NCBI GenBank assembly: GCA_031270985.1
Contig: JAISWR010000004.1
Span: 2,195 to 66,194 of the forward strand
Origin: Bacteroidales bacterium
GTDB lineage: Bacteria; Bacteroidota; Bacteroidia; Bacteroidales; UBA4181
Length of the DNA: 64,000 bases
Direction of reading: 5' to 3'
Position 1 is the stretch's first letter, and each line of letters begins with the position of its first letter. A program made the translations under genes and the position numbers. Under the pieces are notes generated by a model, which searched no databases, had not been told where the DNA came from, and saw nothing but the letters and a program-made list of their open reading frames with translations. This document shows, in pieces, positions 1-9,451 of this stretch.

Positions 1-1
1 G

Positions 2-193
2 GCAAAAGCCATAAAAAAGGCGATTCCCTGCAAACGCATCGGCATCGCGACGGTAGGCTTGGAGGTGCCTCATGCGCACATCCATCTCATCCCCATCAAC
101 GGTATTTACGATATTGACTTTAACCGTCCTAAACTGAAGTTGTCGCCCGAAGAATTTCGGGAAATTGCTGAAAATATCGTACAAAACCTGTGA
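2..193 (+). CDS. HIT family protein, C-terminal fragment (5' end lies upstream of the window)
   Basis: Translation from nt 2 reads ...IATVGLEVPHAHIHLIPINGIYD..., which carries the histidine-triad HxHxHxx motif. The stop TGA is at 191-193 and no start codon lies in the window. Confidence 0.75.
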   Translation, partial: AKAIKKAIPCKRIGIATVGLEVPHAHIHLIPINGIYDIDFNRPKLKLSPEEFREIAENIVQNL

Positions 194-241
194 TTTTCTC
201 ATCAAAAATCGTTATCTTTTCTCATTGGTAAATCGTGTTTT

Positions 242-1534
242 ATGCAAGGAATCCGGTCTCGGATATGTTTATATGCGGCTGTCTGCACGTTATTGATTGC
301 CTGCGGCACATCCCGCAAAAAGCAAGTAAAAGGCAATAACCCCGTGCTGTATAACCCGGCCTCGTCGTCGCTGCATCCTCAGATGGGAGTGTTCCACATT
401 TCCGACGAGGAATCGCAATTGTACATCATGCTCAACACCAATGAACTAATCGTAAACGAAGCCAATGCCGATCATCTTCCCAAAGCCGATATACGGATAC
501 ATTACCGGCTGTTTGACTGCACGGAGATAGACAACAACAAGGCAGTGAGCGACAGCGCTACCTTCATCAATTCGATACAGGTGTACTCCCAGCAAAAAAC
601 CGTTGTGTTCCCTATCCCCATTCCTGCGTTGCAGGGACGGCGGTACATATTGCTGGCGCAAATCACCGACCTGTTGCGGCGCAATACCGTTCGCCAATTT
701 GTCACCATTGACAAAACCAACACCTTCTCGGAACAAAATTTCAGGATTACCGCCATGAACGGTACGCCGAAACTTGGAAAAACCGTTTCCGAAAGCGATA
801 TTTTCAGAATCATTTGCCGGCAACAGTCCATCAGCCATATCTTCATCAAGTACATGAGCGCACCGCAAGAGGTATCTACATCGCCGCTGTCGCCCTATCC
901 TGCTCCGGCACTGCATTTCACGCCCGACACGGTGTGGGAACAGCCGTACAGCCCCACTACCAACTTCCTGTTCACTCGCGAGGGACTGTATTTGATACAA
1001 ATCGACACACTGCAACAGGAAGGCATGTTGCTCATGAATTTTGGTAACGCCTATCCGAAAGAAAACCAGACGGCGCAATTGGTAACTCCCATCCGTTACC
1101 TTATGTCGGCAACGGAATACCAAAAACTTCAGGCAGCGGGACATCCCAAAAAGATGATGGACGACTTCTGGCTTGCTGTCACCGGAAGCACCGACAAAGC
1201 CCGCATGTTGATCCGCGTTTTCTATACGCGGATGTCGTATGCCAACCAATATTTTACCGACGTGAAAGAAGGATGGAAAACCGATCGCGGGATGGTGTAC
1301 ATGGTGTATGGACTACCGGATAATGTGTTGAAAAGTTTTGACTCGGAAACGTGGGAATACAACCGCAGCAGTAGGCAAGCCGGCACAGTGACTTTCATCT
1401 TCGACCGAAAACCAACAAATTACGGAGGCGATTATTACGTTCTGCGCCGCAATAGCCCGCAAAGTACTTACTGGTCGCAAGCCGTTGACAGTTGGCGCAA
1501 TGGGAGAGTATTCAGCCTTAGCGAAATAGAATGA
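242..1534 (+). CDS. GWxTD domain-containing lipoprotein
   Basis: 430-aa ORF. The N-terminus has a signal peptide and lipobox (LLIACG). The C-terminal motif EGWKTDRGMVYMVYGLPD is the GWxTD signature. Confidence 0.85.
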   Translation: MQGIRSRICLYAAVCTLLIACGTSRKKQVKGNNPVLYNPASSSLHPQMGVFHISDEESQLYIMLNTNELIVNEANADHLPKADIRIHYRLFDCTEIDNNKAVSDSATFINSIQVYSQQKTVVFPIPIPALQGRRYILLAQITDLLRRNTVRQFVTIDKTNTFSEQNFRITAMNGTPKLGKTVSESDIFRIICRQQSISHIFIKYMSAPQEVSTSPLSPYPAPALHFTPDTVWEQPYSPTTNFLFTREGLYLIQIDTLQQEGMLLMNFGNAYPKENQTAQLVTPIRYLMSATEYQKLQAAGHPKKMMDDFWLAVTGSTDKARMLIRVFYTRMSYANQYFTDVKEGWKTDRGMVYMVYGLPDNVLKSFDSETWEYNRSSRQAGTVTFIFDRKPTNYGGDYYVLRRNSPQSTYWSQAVDSWRNGRVFSLSEIE

Positions 1535-2316
1535 ACACAAACGAATACCGTCAGACCCATCAGCAAGCGCCAAAGCAGATGATCTTCGGGCTGCATCCGG
1601 TTATGGAAGCGCTGGAAGCAGGGCGCGAAATGAACAAAGTGCTGCTGCGCAGAGGAATGGAAGGCGATTCGTACAAACGCTTGCAGGCATTGTTGCAACG
1701 GCACGACATACCCGTGCAGATAGTGCCACCCGAAAAATTAGATCGGGTGACGCGCAAAAACCACCAGGGAGTAATTGCATTCATATCCCCCGTGGAGTAT
1801 GCACGGGTGGAACATCTGGTGCCGGCATTGTTTGAATCGGGTAAAAACCCGTTGATAGTTGTGTGTGACGGCATTACCGACACGCGCAACATCGGAGCCA
1901 TAGCCCGATCGGCGGAATGTGCCGGCGCTCATGCATTGCTGCTGCCCGCCAAAGGTTCGGCAATGCTCAGCGCCGACGCCGTAAAAACATCGGCAGGCGC
2001 GCTGAACCATCTGGCTGTTTGTCGCACCGAACACCTGAAATCCACACTTTTATTTCTGAAAAACAGCGGATTGAAAATCATTGCCGCCACGGAAAAAGCG
2101 TCTGTCGCCTATCACGAGGCGGATCTTTCCTGTCCCGCCGTTCTGTTGCTGGGCGCGGAAGATACGGGTATTTCTCCAGAATGTCTGCGATTGGCGGATG
2201 TCATAGTAAAAATTCCCGTGCAGGGCAAAATTTTATCACTGAACGTGTCTGCGGCTGCCACCGTGTTGCTGTTTGAAATGCTCAGGCAAAACACGGGCGC
2301 AAAAAACCGGCAATAA
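1531..2316 (+). CDS. rlmB: 23S rRNA (guanosine-2'-O)-methyltransferase RlmB (SpoU/TrmH family)
   Basis: 261 aa. FGLHPVMEAL at the N-terminus is the substrate-binding region, and the SpoU motifs LLLGAEDTGIS and IPVQGKILSLNVSAAATVLLFE are present. There is an ATGA overlap with the upstream gene. Confidence 0.9.
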   Translation: MNTNEYRQTHQQAPKQMIFGLHPVMEALEAGREMNKVLLRRGMEGDSYKRLQALLQRHDIPVQIVPPEKLDRVTRKNHQGVIAFISPVEYARVEHLVPALFESGKNPLIVVCDGITDTRNIGAIARSAECAGAHALLLPAKGSAMLSADAVKTSAGALNHLAVCRTEHLKSTLLFLKNSGLKIIAATEKASVAYHEADLSCPAVLLLGAEDTGISPECLRLADVIVKIPVQGKILSLNVSAAATVLLFEMLRQNTGAKNRQ

Positions 2317-2404
2317 TGCTGATTTTCGACAGATTGCCGACCGTCGCACGCATACGGTTTTTAGTGATTTGGATACGACTTTTCGTTTTCGCGTAAGAAA
2401 ATCC

Positions 2405-2412
2405 TATTTTTG
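2405..2412 (+). promoter_or_regulatory. Candidate Bacteroides-type -7 promoter element (TAnnTTTG)
   Basis: TATTTTTG lies 22 nt upstream of the ATG at 2434. Confidence 0.35.
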
Positions 2413-2433
2413 CAACCGTTAATTGCGTCTGTC

Positions 2434-2523
2434 ATGAAAAAATTTTGGTTGACGACGTTTTCTGTACCCCTGTTTGTTTCCTGTGATAATTATGATTCGA
2501 TACATCGACATGGAACAGGATAA
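2434..2523 (+). other. 29-codon ORF encoding only a lipoprotein signal peptide plus 12 residues (mini-lipoprotein or 5' remnant of a lost lipoprotein gene)
   Basis: MKKFWLTTFSVPLFVSCDNYDSIHRHGTG followed by a stop. The signal peptide and lipobox (LFVSC) are textbook, and a -7 promoter match precedes the ORF. No long ORF continues in any frame. Confidence 0.3.
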
Positions 2524-2735
2524 CCGGATCCCTTTGCTGGCGGTGATCGCCGTGGAGCGGCTTGGCGTAAGTGCAGACGCTTTATAGACCACAGGCATAT
2601 TCTGTCCGTTGGATGTCCGACCGCCGGACAAGACACCGCCTTGCAAAAAGCCCGTTTTGCGGATGGCAGACTTGCTTGTTTCGCATCTGTCTGCCGACAC
2701 CTATGCGTATTATCGCAGCCTTGTGCGACAACACA

Positions 2736-2869
2736 ATTGTAATAGTTTAGTAAACAAAAGTATGTAGGATTTTATAGACTACCTAATTAGGTAGTCTATA
2801 AAATCAGTGTAATGGTTTAGATATTAATATTTTATAGGAAATAACTACCTAACTTTTGCGGAGTTAGGG
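2736..2869 (+). mobile_element. MITE-like structured repeat, copy 1 (short form)
   Basis: 134 bp, near-identical to 42044-42178 (two substitutions and one 1-nt indel by eye). It is also similar to the reverse complement of 56896-57031. It contains a perfect 38-bp palindrome at 2768-2805 and ends in the hairpin CCTAACT-N7-AGTTAGG. Confidence 0.8.
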
Positions 2870-2946
2870 TTTTATTGCACAATTAGAGGACGAACCCGAA
2901 AAACACCTGTTTGATGCCACCCGCTTTGCTTATGATGGCCTGTGAA

Positions 2947-3849
2947 TCAATTAACGGACATTTTAGGATTGTTACACGCCATAGCTGGAGTAAAAATGCT
3001 TGTCGTCCCCACATACTGTACCGCCACCCATTCTTTTTTCACAGTGTGTCGCCAATAGTGGTATCCGTTTTGTTCGGCACAGGCGGTGACGTCCGGGAAG
3101 TCACTTTCGTAAAATCCGCTGAGTTGCAGCAATCCGCCGCCGCCGAGACAAGTCGCGTATGCGGGAATATCGTTGAGAAGGACATTGCGGTTGATATTGG
3201 CAAGCACTGCGTCAAATTTCATATTGTGCAGTAAGCTACTGTCTCCCTGCAACACCGTTATGTCGCCAATGCCGTTACGGGTGCAGTTTTCGAGTGCATT
3301 GCGGTAAGCCCATTCGTCGGCATCAATAGCGACTACCCGACTGGCTTTCCGCAACTTTGCCAGAATGGCAAGTATTCCCGTGCCACAACCCATGTCCATC
3401 ACGGATTTCCCGTCAAGTTCCGTGTCCAGCAGCAATTCCGCCATCATTGCGGTAGTTTCGTGATGTCCCGTGCCAAATGCCATTTGCGGGAGGATATTGA
3501 TTTTATAGGGAAGATCCGGTACGTCGGCATGAAACGGAGCATACACCACGCACCGACCGGCTATCACAGTCATCGGGAAGTCGCTTTCCCACACGCTGTT
3601 CCAGTTTTCTTGCGCCACTTTACCGACATGCACCGACTTCACCACTGCGCTGCCGGTTATCGCAAAATCTTCCATCGTGCCGGCGTCGTAGAAGTCCTCC
3701 CTGATGTATGCTTTCACCGAAACGGATGTTCCGTCGTCGATGGTTTCGAAACTCTCAAAGCCGAGTTCGGCAAGCAACGCCACAACAATATCCGGCGCAT
3801 CCCGCTCATTGTCGGCACATACGCACAACGCTTCGATATAATCCGGCAT
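2947..3849 (-). CDS. prmA: 50S ribosomal protein L11 methyltransferase
   Basis: 300 aa. The SAM-binding motif VMDMGCGTGILAI is present, and overall PrmA-like architecture and length fit. Confidence 0.9.
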   Translation of the reverse strand: MPDYIEALCVCADNERDAPDIVVALLAELGFESFETIDDGTSVSVKAYIREDFYDAGTMEDFAITGSAVVKSVHVGKVAQENWNSVWESDFPMTVIAGRCVVYAPFHADVPDLPYKINILPQMAFGTGHHETTAMMAELLLDTELDGKSVMDMGCGTGILAILAKLRKASRVVAIDADEWAYRNALENCTRNGIGDITVLQGDSSLLHNMKFDAVLANINRNVLLNDIPAYATCLGGGGLLQLSGFYESDFPDVTACAEQNGYHYWRHTVKKEWVAVQYVGTTSIFTPAMACNNPKMSVN

Positions 3850-3852
3850 GAC

Positions 3853-4320
3853 TTATTTGGTAATGGGTATTTGACGGTTGAAACTCTCTTCGAGAGAAAT
3901 CAATGTTTCCGTGCGTACAATACCCGATATGGATTGCAGTTTGTCCACCAGAATATATTTCAGGTGTTCGTTGTCGTGCGCATACACTTTGATAAAGATG
4001 GAATAATTGCCTGTGGTATAATGACACTCGGTAACTTCCGGTATCATATTCAACTGTTCCACAACAGATTTGAACATACTTGCTTTTTCCAGATAAATCC
4101 CCATGAATGCGCAGGTGTGGTAGCCCATCACTTTGGGATTGAGGATAAATTCGGAGCCTTTCACGATGCCCAGCCTGATGAGCCGCTGCATACGCTGGTG
4201 TACTGCAGCGCCCGATATACCACAGTCCCGGGCGACTTCCAAAAACGGTACGCGCGCATTGGCGCATATCATAGACAATATTTTACGGTCCAGGTTGTCT
4301 ATTTGAAATTTTTCAGCCAT
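3853..4320 (-). CDS. asnC: Lrp/AsnC family transcriptional regulator
   Basis: 155 aa with an N-terminal HTH (LDRKILSMICANARVPFLEVARDCGISGAAVHQRMQRL) and a C-terminal RAM-like domain. It is divergent from asnA, as in the classical asnC-asnA arrangement. Confidence 0.85.
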   Translation of the reverse strand: MAEKFQIDNLDRKILSMICANARVPFLEVARDCGISGAAVHQRMQRLIRLGIVKGSEFILNPKVMGYHTCAFMGIYLEKASMFKSVVEQLNMIPEVTECHYTTGNYSIFIKVYAHDNEHLKYILVDKLQSISGIVRTETLISLEESFNRQIPITK

Positions 4321-4431
4321 TTCCTTTTGCTTAGAAAAAAATTCTCACATAAATTGCTGATTCCGGATAAAATATATTGATTGGCATCACATAATTTTAC
4401 GATTGATGATAGAATATCCAAATAAAAGCAA

Positions 4432-4439
4432 TATTTTTG
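4432..4439 (+). promoter_or_regulatory. Candidate -7 promoter element (TAnnTTTG) for asnA
   Basis: TATTTTTG lies 60 nt upstream of the asnA ATG, in the AT-rich divergent spacer. Confidence 0.35.
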
Positions 4440-4499
4440 CAAAAATAAAAAATAAAATTTATAATTTTCCTGATTTTAGTCACTTTTTATGATAAATTT

Positions 4500-5537
4500 A
4501 TGGCTCAATTGATTTTTCCCAAGGCATATTCGTCGGTTCTTGATTTGCGTCAAACCGAAAAGGCGGTGAAGGAGCTGAAAGATTTTTTTGAATCCGAATT
4601 GTCCACCGAATTGAGGCTGCGGCGGGTAACCGCCCCTCTTTTTGTCCTGAAAGGCACAGGGGTGAACGATGATTTGAACGGTGTGGAACGCCCTGTTTCT
4701 TTTCCCATCAAGGATCTGGGCGAAGCCACTGCGGAGGTGGTACATTCGCTTGCCAAATGGAAACGGATGATGCTCGCCGAATACCGGATTGAGACAGGGT
4801 ACGGCTTATATACCGACATGAACGCCATTCGTCCGGACGAGGAACTGGACAACCTCCATTCCATCTATGTCGATCAGTGGGATTGGGAACGATCCATCGC
4901 CCAGCACGATCGCTCATTGCCATTTCTGCAACACGTTGTCCGTCGGATTTTTAACGTGCTGAAGCGCACGGAATTTTTTGTGTATGAGAGTTATCCGCAA
5001 TTAAAACCTTACTTGCCCGAATCTATCACGTTCATCCATTCGGAAGATTTGTTGGCAATGTATCCCAACAAAACGGTAAAGGAACGCGAGCATCTGATTA
5101 CCCGGCAACACGGCGCCGTCTTCATCATCGGCATCGGCGGCGAACTTGCCGACGGTACCATCCACGACGGACGCGCACCGGATTATGACGACTGGACAAC
5201 CGAAACCGGCGAAGGTCATAAGGGGCTGAATGGGGATATTTTGTTGTGGAACGAAGTGTTGCAACGCCCCATCGAAATATCCTCAATGGGCATAAGGGTG
5301 AATCCCGAAACATTGGAGAAACAACTTGCTGTACGTGGTTTAGGACATCGCAAAGATTTGATGTTTCACAAAAAACTGTTCAGCGGAGAACTACCTCTTT
5401 CCATCGGCGGCGGTATAGGACAATCGCGCTTGTGCATGTATTTTCTGCAAAAAGCACATATCGGCGAAACACAAGCCAGCATTTGGTCGGCGGAAATGAT
5501 GGAAGAATGCCGCAAACACAATATTTTTCTGGTGTAG
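4500..5537 (+). CDS. asnA: Aspartate--ammonia ligase (asparagine synthetase A)
   Basis: 345 aa, AsnA-like from end to end (LDLRQTEKAVKELKDFFE..., ...GGGIGQSRLCMYFL). Confidence 0.92.
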   Translation: MAQLIFPKAYSSVLDLRQTEKAVKELKDFFESELSTELRLRRVTAPLFVLKGTGVNDDLNGVERPVSFPIKDLGEATAEVVHSLAKWKRMMLAEYRIETGYGLYTDMNAIRPDEELDNLHSIYVDQWDWERSIAQHDRSLPFLQHVVRRIFNVLKRTEFFVYESYPQLKPYLPESITFIHSEDLLAMYPNKTVKEREHLITRQHGAVFIIGIGGELADGTIHDGRAPDYDDWTTETGEGHKGLNGDILLWNEVLQRPIEISSMGIRVNPETLEKQLAVRGLGHRKDLMFHKKLFSGELPLSIGGGIGQSRLCMYFLQKAHIGETQASIWSAEMMEECRKHNIFLV

Positions 5538-5538
5538 G

Positions 5539-6207
5539 ATGGCTTACCGCGCCGTGATATTCGATCTGGACGGCACACTGGCAAATACGTTGGAAGATAT
5601 TGCCGACGCCATGAACCGGACGTTGGCTGCATCGGGTTATCCCGTGCATAGTCTCAACGCCTACCGCCTGATGGTAGGCAACGGGCTGAAAAATCTGGTT
5701 ACCGTTTGCCTGCCGGAAAGTGCCCGCACGGCATCCGTCATCGATCGGTGTCATGCCCGCGTGGTTGCCGACTACGGGGAGCATTACATCGTGAAGTCCC
5801 GTTTGTACGACGGAATTGAGGAACTACTGAACAAATTGTCCTTAAAAGGCGTAAAAATGGCGGTACTGTCCAACAAAGCCGACGCTATTACGCAAAAAAT
5901 TTGCCGGACGCTGCTGGATCACTGGAAATTTGACGCCATAATGGGCATGAGCGAACGTTTTCCCCGCAAGCCCGACCCCCAGTCTTCACGCCACATTGCA
6001 GCCGGTATGGATGTTGCGCCTTCCGAAGTATGCTATGTCGGCGACAGCGACGTGGACATGAAGACAGCGCTTGCAGCCGGTTTTTTCCCCGTAGGGGTTG
6101 CGTGGGGTTTTCGACCGGAAAAGGAACTTGCGGATAACGGCGCACGGAAAATTATCCGTTTCCCCACGGAATTGCTGTCTGTGGTTTTCTCCGATGACGA
6201 TTTGTGA
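5539..6207 (+). CDS. HAD family hydrolase (phosphoglycolate phosphatase-like)
   Basis: 222 aa. HAD motif I is FDLDGTL, and VGDSDVDMKTA supplies the motif IV aspartates. Confidence 0.85.
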   Translation: MAYRAVIFDLDGTLANTLEDIADAMNRTLAASGYPVHSLNAYRLMVGNGLKNLVTVCLPESARTASVIDRCHARVVADYGEHYIVKSRLYDGIEELLNKLSLKGVKMAVLSNKADAITQKICRTLLDHWKFDAIMGMSERFPRKPDPQSSRHIAAGMDVAPSEVCYVGDSDVDMKTALAAGFFPVGVAWGFRPEKELADNGARKIIRFPTELLSVVFSDDDL

Positions 6208-6221
6208 GTTTGTCCCGCCGG

Positions 6222-8420
6222 CTATTTTTCCGGAAGGTGTTTGGATATTTTGGCAAACAAATTGTGCATGTCAATGGGTTTGCTGATGTAGTCCACGCAT
6301 CCCGCGTTGAGGCATCTGTCTTTGTCGTCGCTCATGGCGTTAGCGGTTTGCGCGATAATCGGCATGTCTGGGCGGTGTTTGAGGATGATTTTGCTGGCTT
6401 CCAAGCCGCTGATTTTGGGCAGATGCATGTCCATCAACACCAAGTCTATCCGGTTGTTTTTATGCACAATGTCAATAGCTTTCATGCCCGTATTCGCAAA
6501 CACCAATGTGGCTTTCGTGGTTTGCAGCATGACATCCAGCACTTTGCTGTTGATATAGTCGTCTTCTACGATCAGGATGGTGTATTGTGCCCAATTGTAA
6601 TCCGGATGATCGTCTTTGCTGTTTTCCGGCAATTCGTCGCCAAGTGAAGTAAGGCGGTAAGGGATGGTGAAATAGAATACGGATCCTTCGCCGTCAGAAG
6701 ATTTGCACCAAATAGTGCCGTCCAGCAGTTCTACCAGCCCTTTGGATATGGCTAAACCCAAGCCCGATCCTCTGAATTTGCGTGCCAGCGTGTTGTCCAC
6801 TTGTGTGAAACGGTTGAAAATTCCGGATATTTTGTTTTTGGGGATGCCTATTCCCGTATCTGCTACGAAGAAGAGGATATTTTTCTTTTCCACTTCATAT
6901 CCAAATTCGACATGTCCTTTTTCGGTAAATTTCAGCGCATTACCTATAAGATTGATGAATATTTGCTGCAACCGTTCGGGGTCGGACAAGGTGGAAATAT
7001 CCGGTACGTGTTTTTTGCAGCGGAGTTTGAGTTTTTGCTGTTTTTGCACGTACAGCGGATGGGCAAGGAAAATGGAGTACAATTGATCCATCAGGGAATT
7101 GATTTTGAGCGGTCTGTACTTTATTTGCAACTGCTTTGCCTCTATTCTTGATATGTCCATGATGTCTTCAATCAATGAGAGCAAAGAGTTTCCGCTTTCG
7201 ACAATCAATTGCACATATTCTTCGCACGTTGCCCGGTTAATTTCGGGTTTCATCAGCAGCTGCGCCAGTCCGAGAATGCTGTTGAGGGGCGTACGCACTT
7301 CATGGGACATGTTGGCAAGAAAAGCGGATTTCAACCTGTCCGATTCTTCTGCTGCTTCCTTGGCTTTTTTGAGTTCAATTTCAATCTGATTCCTGTGCAA
7401 TGCGATGCCTGCCTGATAGATGAATGTTTCTATCAGCGGCACATCCACCTTGCAGTCTTTTTGTCGGGGGGCAAACAGGAGTCCGCCGTAAAGTTTTCCC
7501 TTGCGGGACATCCCCATGGCGTAAAACTCTTTGAGTTTGAGCAACCGGAAAATACGTTCCACTTTTTTTGAGGATTCATCGTCTTCCAGCAGGTCTTTGG
7601 CATCTTGCAAGGGTTTCAGTTCTTTTTTGGAAAAATACCGCATACGGAATTTACGCGGCAGCTTGATGGGAAAATCTTCGGGCGAGTTACCCAAAATGTT
7701 GATGATTTGTTCTATATGGAGGAAAATTCCGGAAATATAACGAATGTAAGAAATGTCGGTGGCGGAATCGTATGAAAAAACAGCGATGACAGATTTCGGA
7801 ACAATTTTGGAGATACATTTGCCGATGTAGATAAAAATGTCGTCTTCATTGGAAAACGTGAGAAATTTAAGGGCAGTGTTGGAAAGGAAAAACATGTTTT
7901 CTTTGTAGATCGATATTTCCCGTTCGGCATGTTTTTCTTTCGTCATGTCAAACATCACGATATTCAACCCCATAGGCATGTGGTTTTCATGTTTTCGGGA
8001 GGCATAAACGCTCACCGAGAAAATGTGTCCACTACGGGTGATTGCTCTAAGTTCCGTTTCCGGTACCATTTCCCCGCTCATGACGGTTTTGAAGAGCGTC
8101 TGCCAGTGCTCTTTGTCTTCTATGTCAATCAGGTCGGAAATGTTCAGGTCGAAAATATCCGAGCCGTAGTCAAATGCGTCAATGGTTCTCATGTTGGCAA
8201 ACGTTATTTTCCCTTCCTTGTCGGTTTCGATGATGATTTCGGGCAGAAAAGCAGTAAGCATCTGATACTTCTCTTCGGCGATTTTTGCCGAAATCGCCGA
8301 ATTTTCCCGAGATACGTGTTTGCCGGATTCAATGGTTCCTTTTGCCGGTTCATTGACTTTTGCCTGCACGTTTTCAACGGTATCTTCGCGAGATTGAATA
8401 ACGTTCGACCTGAATTTCAT
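6222..8420 (-). CDS. Hybrid sensor histidine kinase / response regulator (PAS-HisKA-HATPase-REC)
   Basis: 732 aa. The H-box is MSHEVRTPLNSILG, the ATPase motifs are DTGIGI and GSGLGLAI, and the C-terminal receiver is ILIVEDD...DLVLMDMHLP. Confidence 0.9.
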   Translation of the reverse strand: MKFRSNVIQSREDTVENVQAKVNEPAKGTIESGKHVSRENSAISAKIAEEKYQMLTAFLPEIIIETDKEGKITFANMRTIDAFDYGSDIFDLNISDLIDIEDKEHWQTLFKTVMSGEMVPETELRAITRSGHIFSVSVYASRKHENHMPMGLNIVMFDMTKEKHAEREISIYKENMFFLSNTALKFLTFSNEDDIFIYIGKCISKIVPKSVIAVFSYDSATDISYIRYISGIFLHIEQIINILGNSPEDFPIKLPRKFRMRYFSKKELKPLQDAKDLLEDDESSKKVERIFRLLKLKEFYAMGMSRKGKLYGGLLFAPRQKDCKVDVPLIETFIYQAGIALHRNQIEIELKKAKEAAEESDRLKSAFLANMSHEVRTPLNSILGLAQLLMKPEINRATCEEYVQLIVESGNSLLSLIEDIMDISRIEAKQLQIKYRPLKINSLMDQLYSIFLAHPLYVQKQQKLKLRCKKHVPDISTLSDPERLQQIFINLIGNALKFTEKGHVEFGYEVEKKNILFFVADTGIGIPKNKISGIFNRFTQVDNTLARKFRGSGLGLAISKGLVELLDGTIWCKSSDGEGSVFYFTIPYRLTSLGDELPENSKDDHPDYNWAQYTILIVEDDYINSKVLDVMLQTTKATLVFANTGMKAIDIVHKNNRIDLVLMDMHLPKISGLEASKIILKHRPDMPIIAQTANAMSDDKDRCLNAGCVDYISKPIDMHNLFAKISKHLPEK

Positions 8421-8449
8421 TTTACAAAGTTACATCATATTTTTGTCAT

Positions 8450-9448
8450 TTACAACCATTTTTCTTTTTTATACCATTTTATACATTCCTCAATGCCTTT
8501 GTCCAGGTCGTATTCGGCGACGAATCCGAGTTCTTTTTGCAGGGGTTCCGTTTCGCATTTCCAATTGGTGGCGCGCATGATTTTGTATTTGTCTCTGTTG
8601 AGGGTGGGTGAAACGCCGAACCAACCGCATACCGTGTCCAGCGTGTAGGACACGGTTTTCACCAGGAATAGCGGTACGGGCAGAAACAGCGCCCATTTGT
8701 CCAGATGTTTTTTCACGATGGCGGCATATTCGCGGTTGTCGTATTCCTTGCCGTCGGACACGAACCACGCTTTGCGGATGTATTCCGATTCCAGCGCCAG
8801 ATACATAACACGCACCAAATCCGTCACGTAAATGAATGTGAGGTGTTGTTTGCGGAGACCCATTGCCGGTTCCATGTGGCGGTTCACCGTTTGCAGAAAC
8901 ACGAAATAGTCCTTTTCGCGAGGGCCGTAAACGCCTGTGGGACGCACCGTCAGATAAGGAAAGTCGGGTATCGAACGGATAAATTCTTCGGCTTTCAGTT
9001 TGCTTATTCCGTACAATGTGTCGGGGCGGGGTGTGTCGGAACTTTTGACAGGTTCCAGCGTTTTCGGATTACCTGAGCCGTATGCCGCCATACTGCTGAC
9101 GTACAGGAATTTTTTCGGGACGGTATCTGTTTCCGTCAGCGCTTCGACAAAATGCCGCGTGTATTGATGGTTCACGAGGTCAAAATCCGTTTTCTTGTTG
9201 CATTTGGTCACACCTGCATTGTGGATGATATAATCGAAACGTCCGAGCGCGGCAAGTTCCCGTTTCAAACGTTCTTTGTCGCTCAACGTGAGCACAACGG
9301 TGTGTGCGCTTTCCGGAAGGTATCGTAGATTGCTGGACGCCCGAACGCCCGCATACACTTCATAGTTGCGGCGAATGCCTTCTTCCGCAATGAATCCGCC
9401 GATGAATCCGCCGGCGCCCGTGACAAGAATTTTAGTCATATTGATCAT
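8450..9448 (-). CDS. NAD-dependent epimerase/dehydratase family protein
   Basis: 332 aa with an N-terminal Rossmann motif (VTGAGGFIGGFI) and the SDR catalytic motif YGISK. Confidence 0.85.
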   Translation of the reverse strand: MINMTKILVTGAGGFIGGFIAEEGIRRNYEVYAGVRASSNLRYLPESAHTVVLTLSDKERLKRELAALGRFDYIIHNAGVTKCNKKTDFDLVNHQYTRHFVEALTETDTVPKKFLYVSSMAAYGSGNPKTLEPVKSSDTPRPDTLYGISKLKAEEFIRSIPDFPYLTVRPTGVYGPREKDYFVFLQTVNRHMEPAMGLRKQHLTFIYVTDLVRVMYLALESEYIRKAWFVSDGKEYDNREYAAIVKKHLDKWALFLPVPLFLVKTVSYTLDTVCGWFGVSPTLNRDKYKIMRATNWKCETEPLQKELGFVAEYDLDKGIEECIKWYKKEKWL

Positions 9449-9451
9449 AAT

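Noticed and set aside
446-1249. Long ORFs antisense to real genes. Examples: 446-1249, 3460-4380, 7929-8648, 10865-11608, 12925-13668, 13545-14444, 21653-22606, 25017-25937, 27434-28192, 30840-31613, 42817-43635, 49537-50535, 54613-55488, 59268-59975.
   Set aside because: Each lies fully inside and opposite a gene with strong motif support. Their translations are R/H/G-rich or low-complexity with no recognisable motifs. This is the usual stop-poor antisense frame of well-adapted genes.
2419-2700. 93-aa minus-strand ORF in the rlmB-prmA spacer.
   Set aside because: No motif, odd composition, no promoter match. It lies opposite the mini-lipoprotein ORF.
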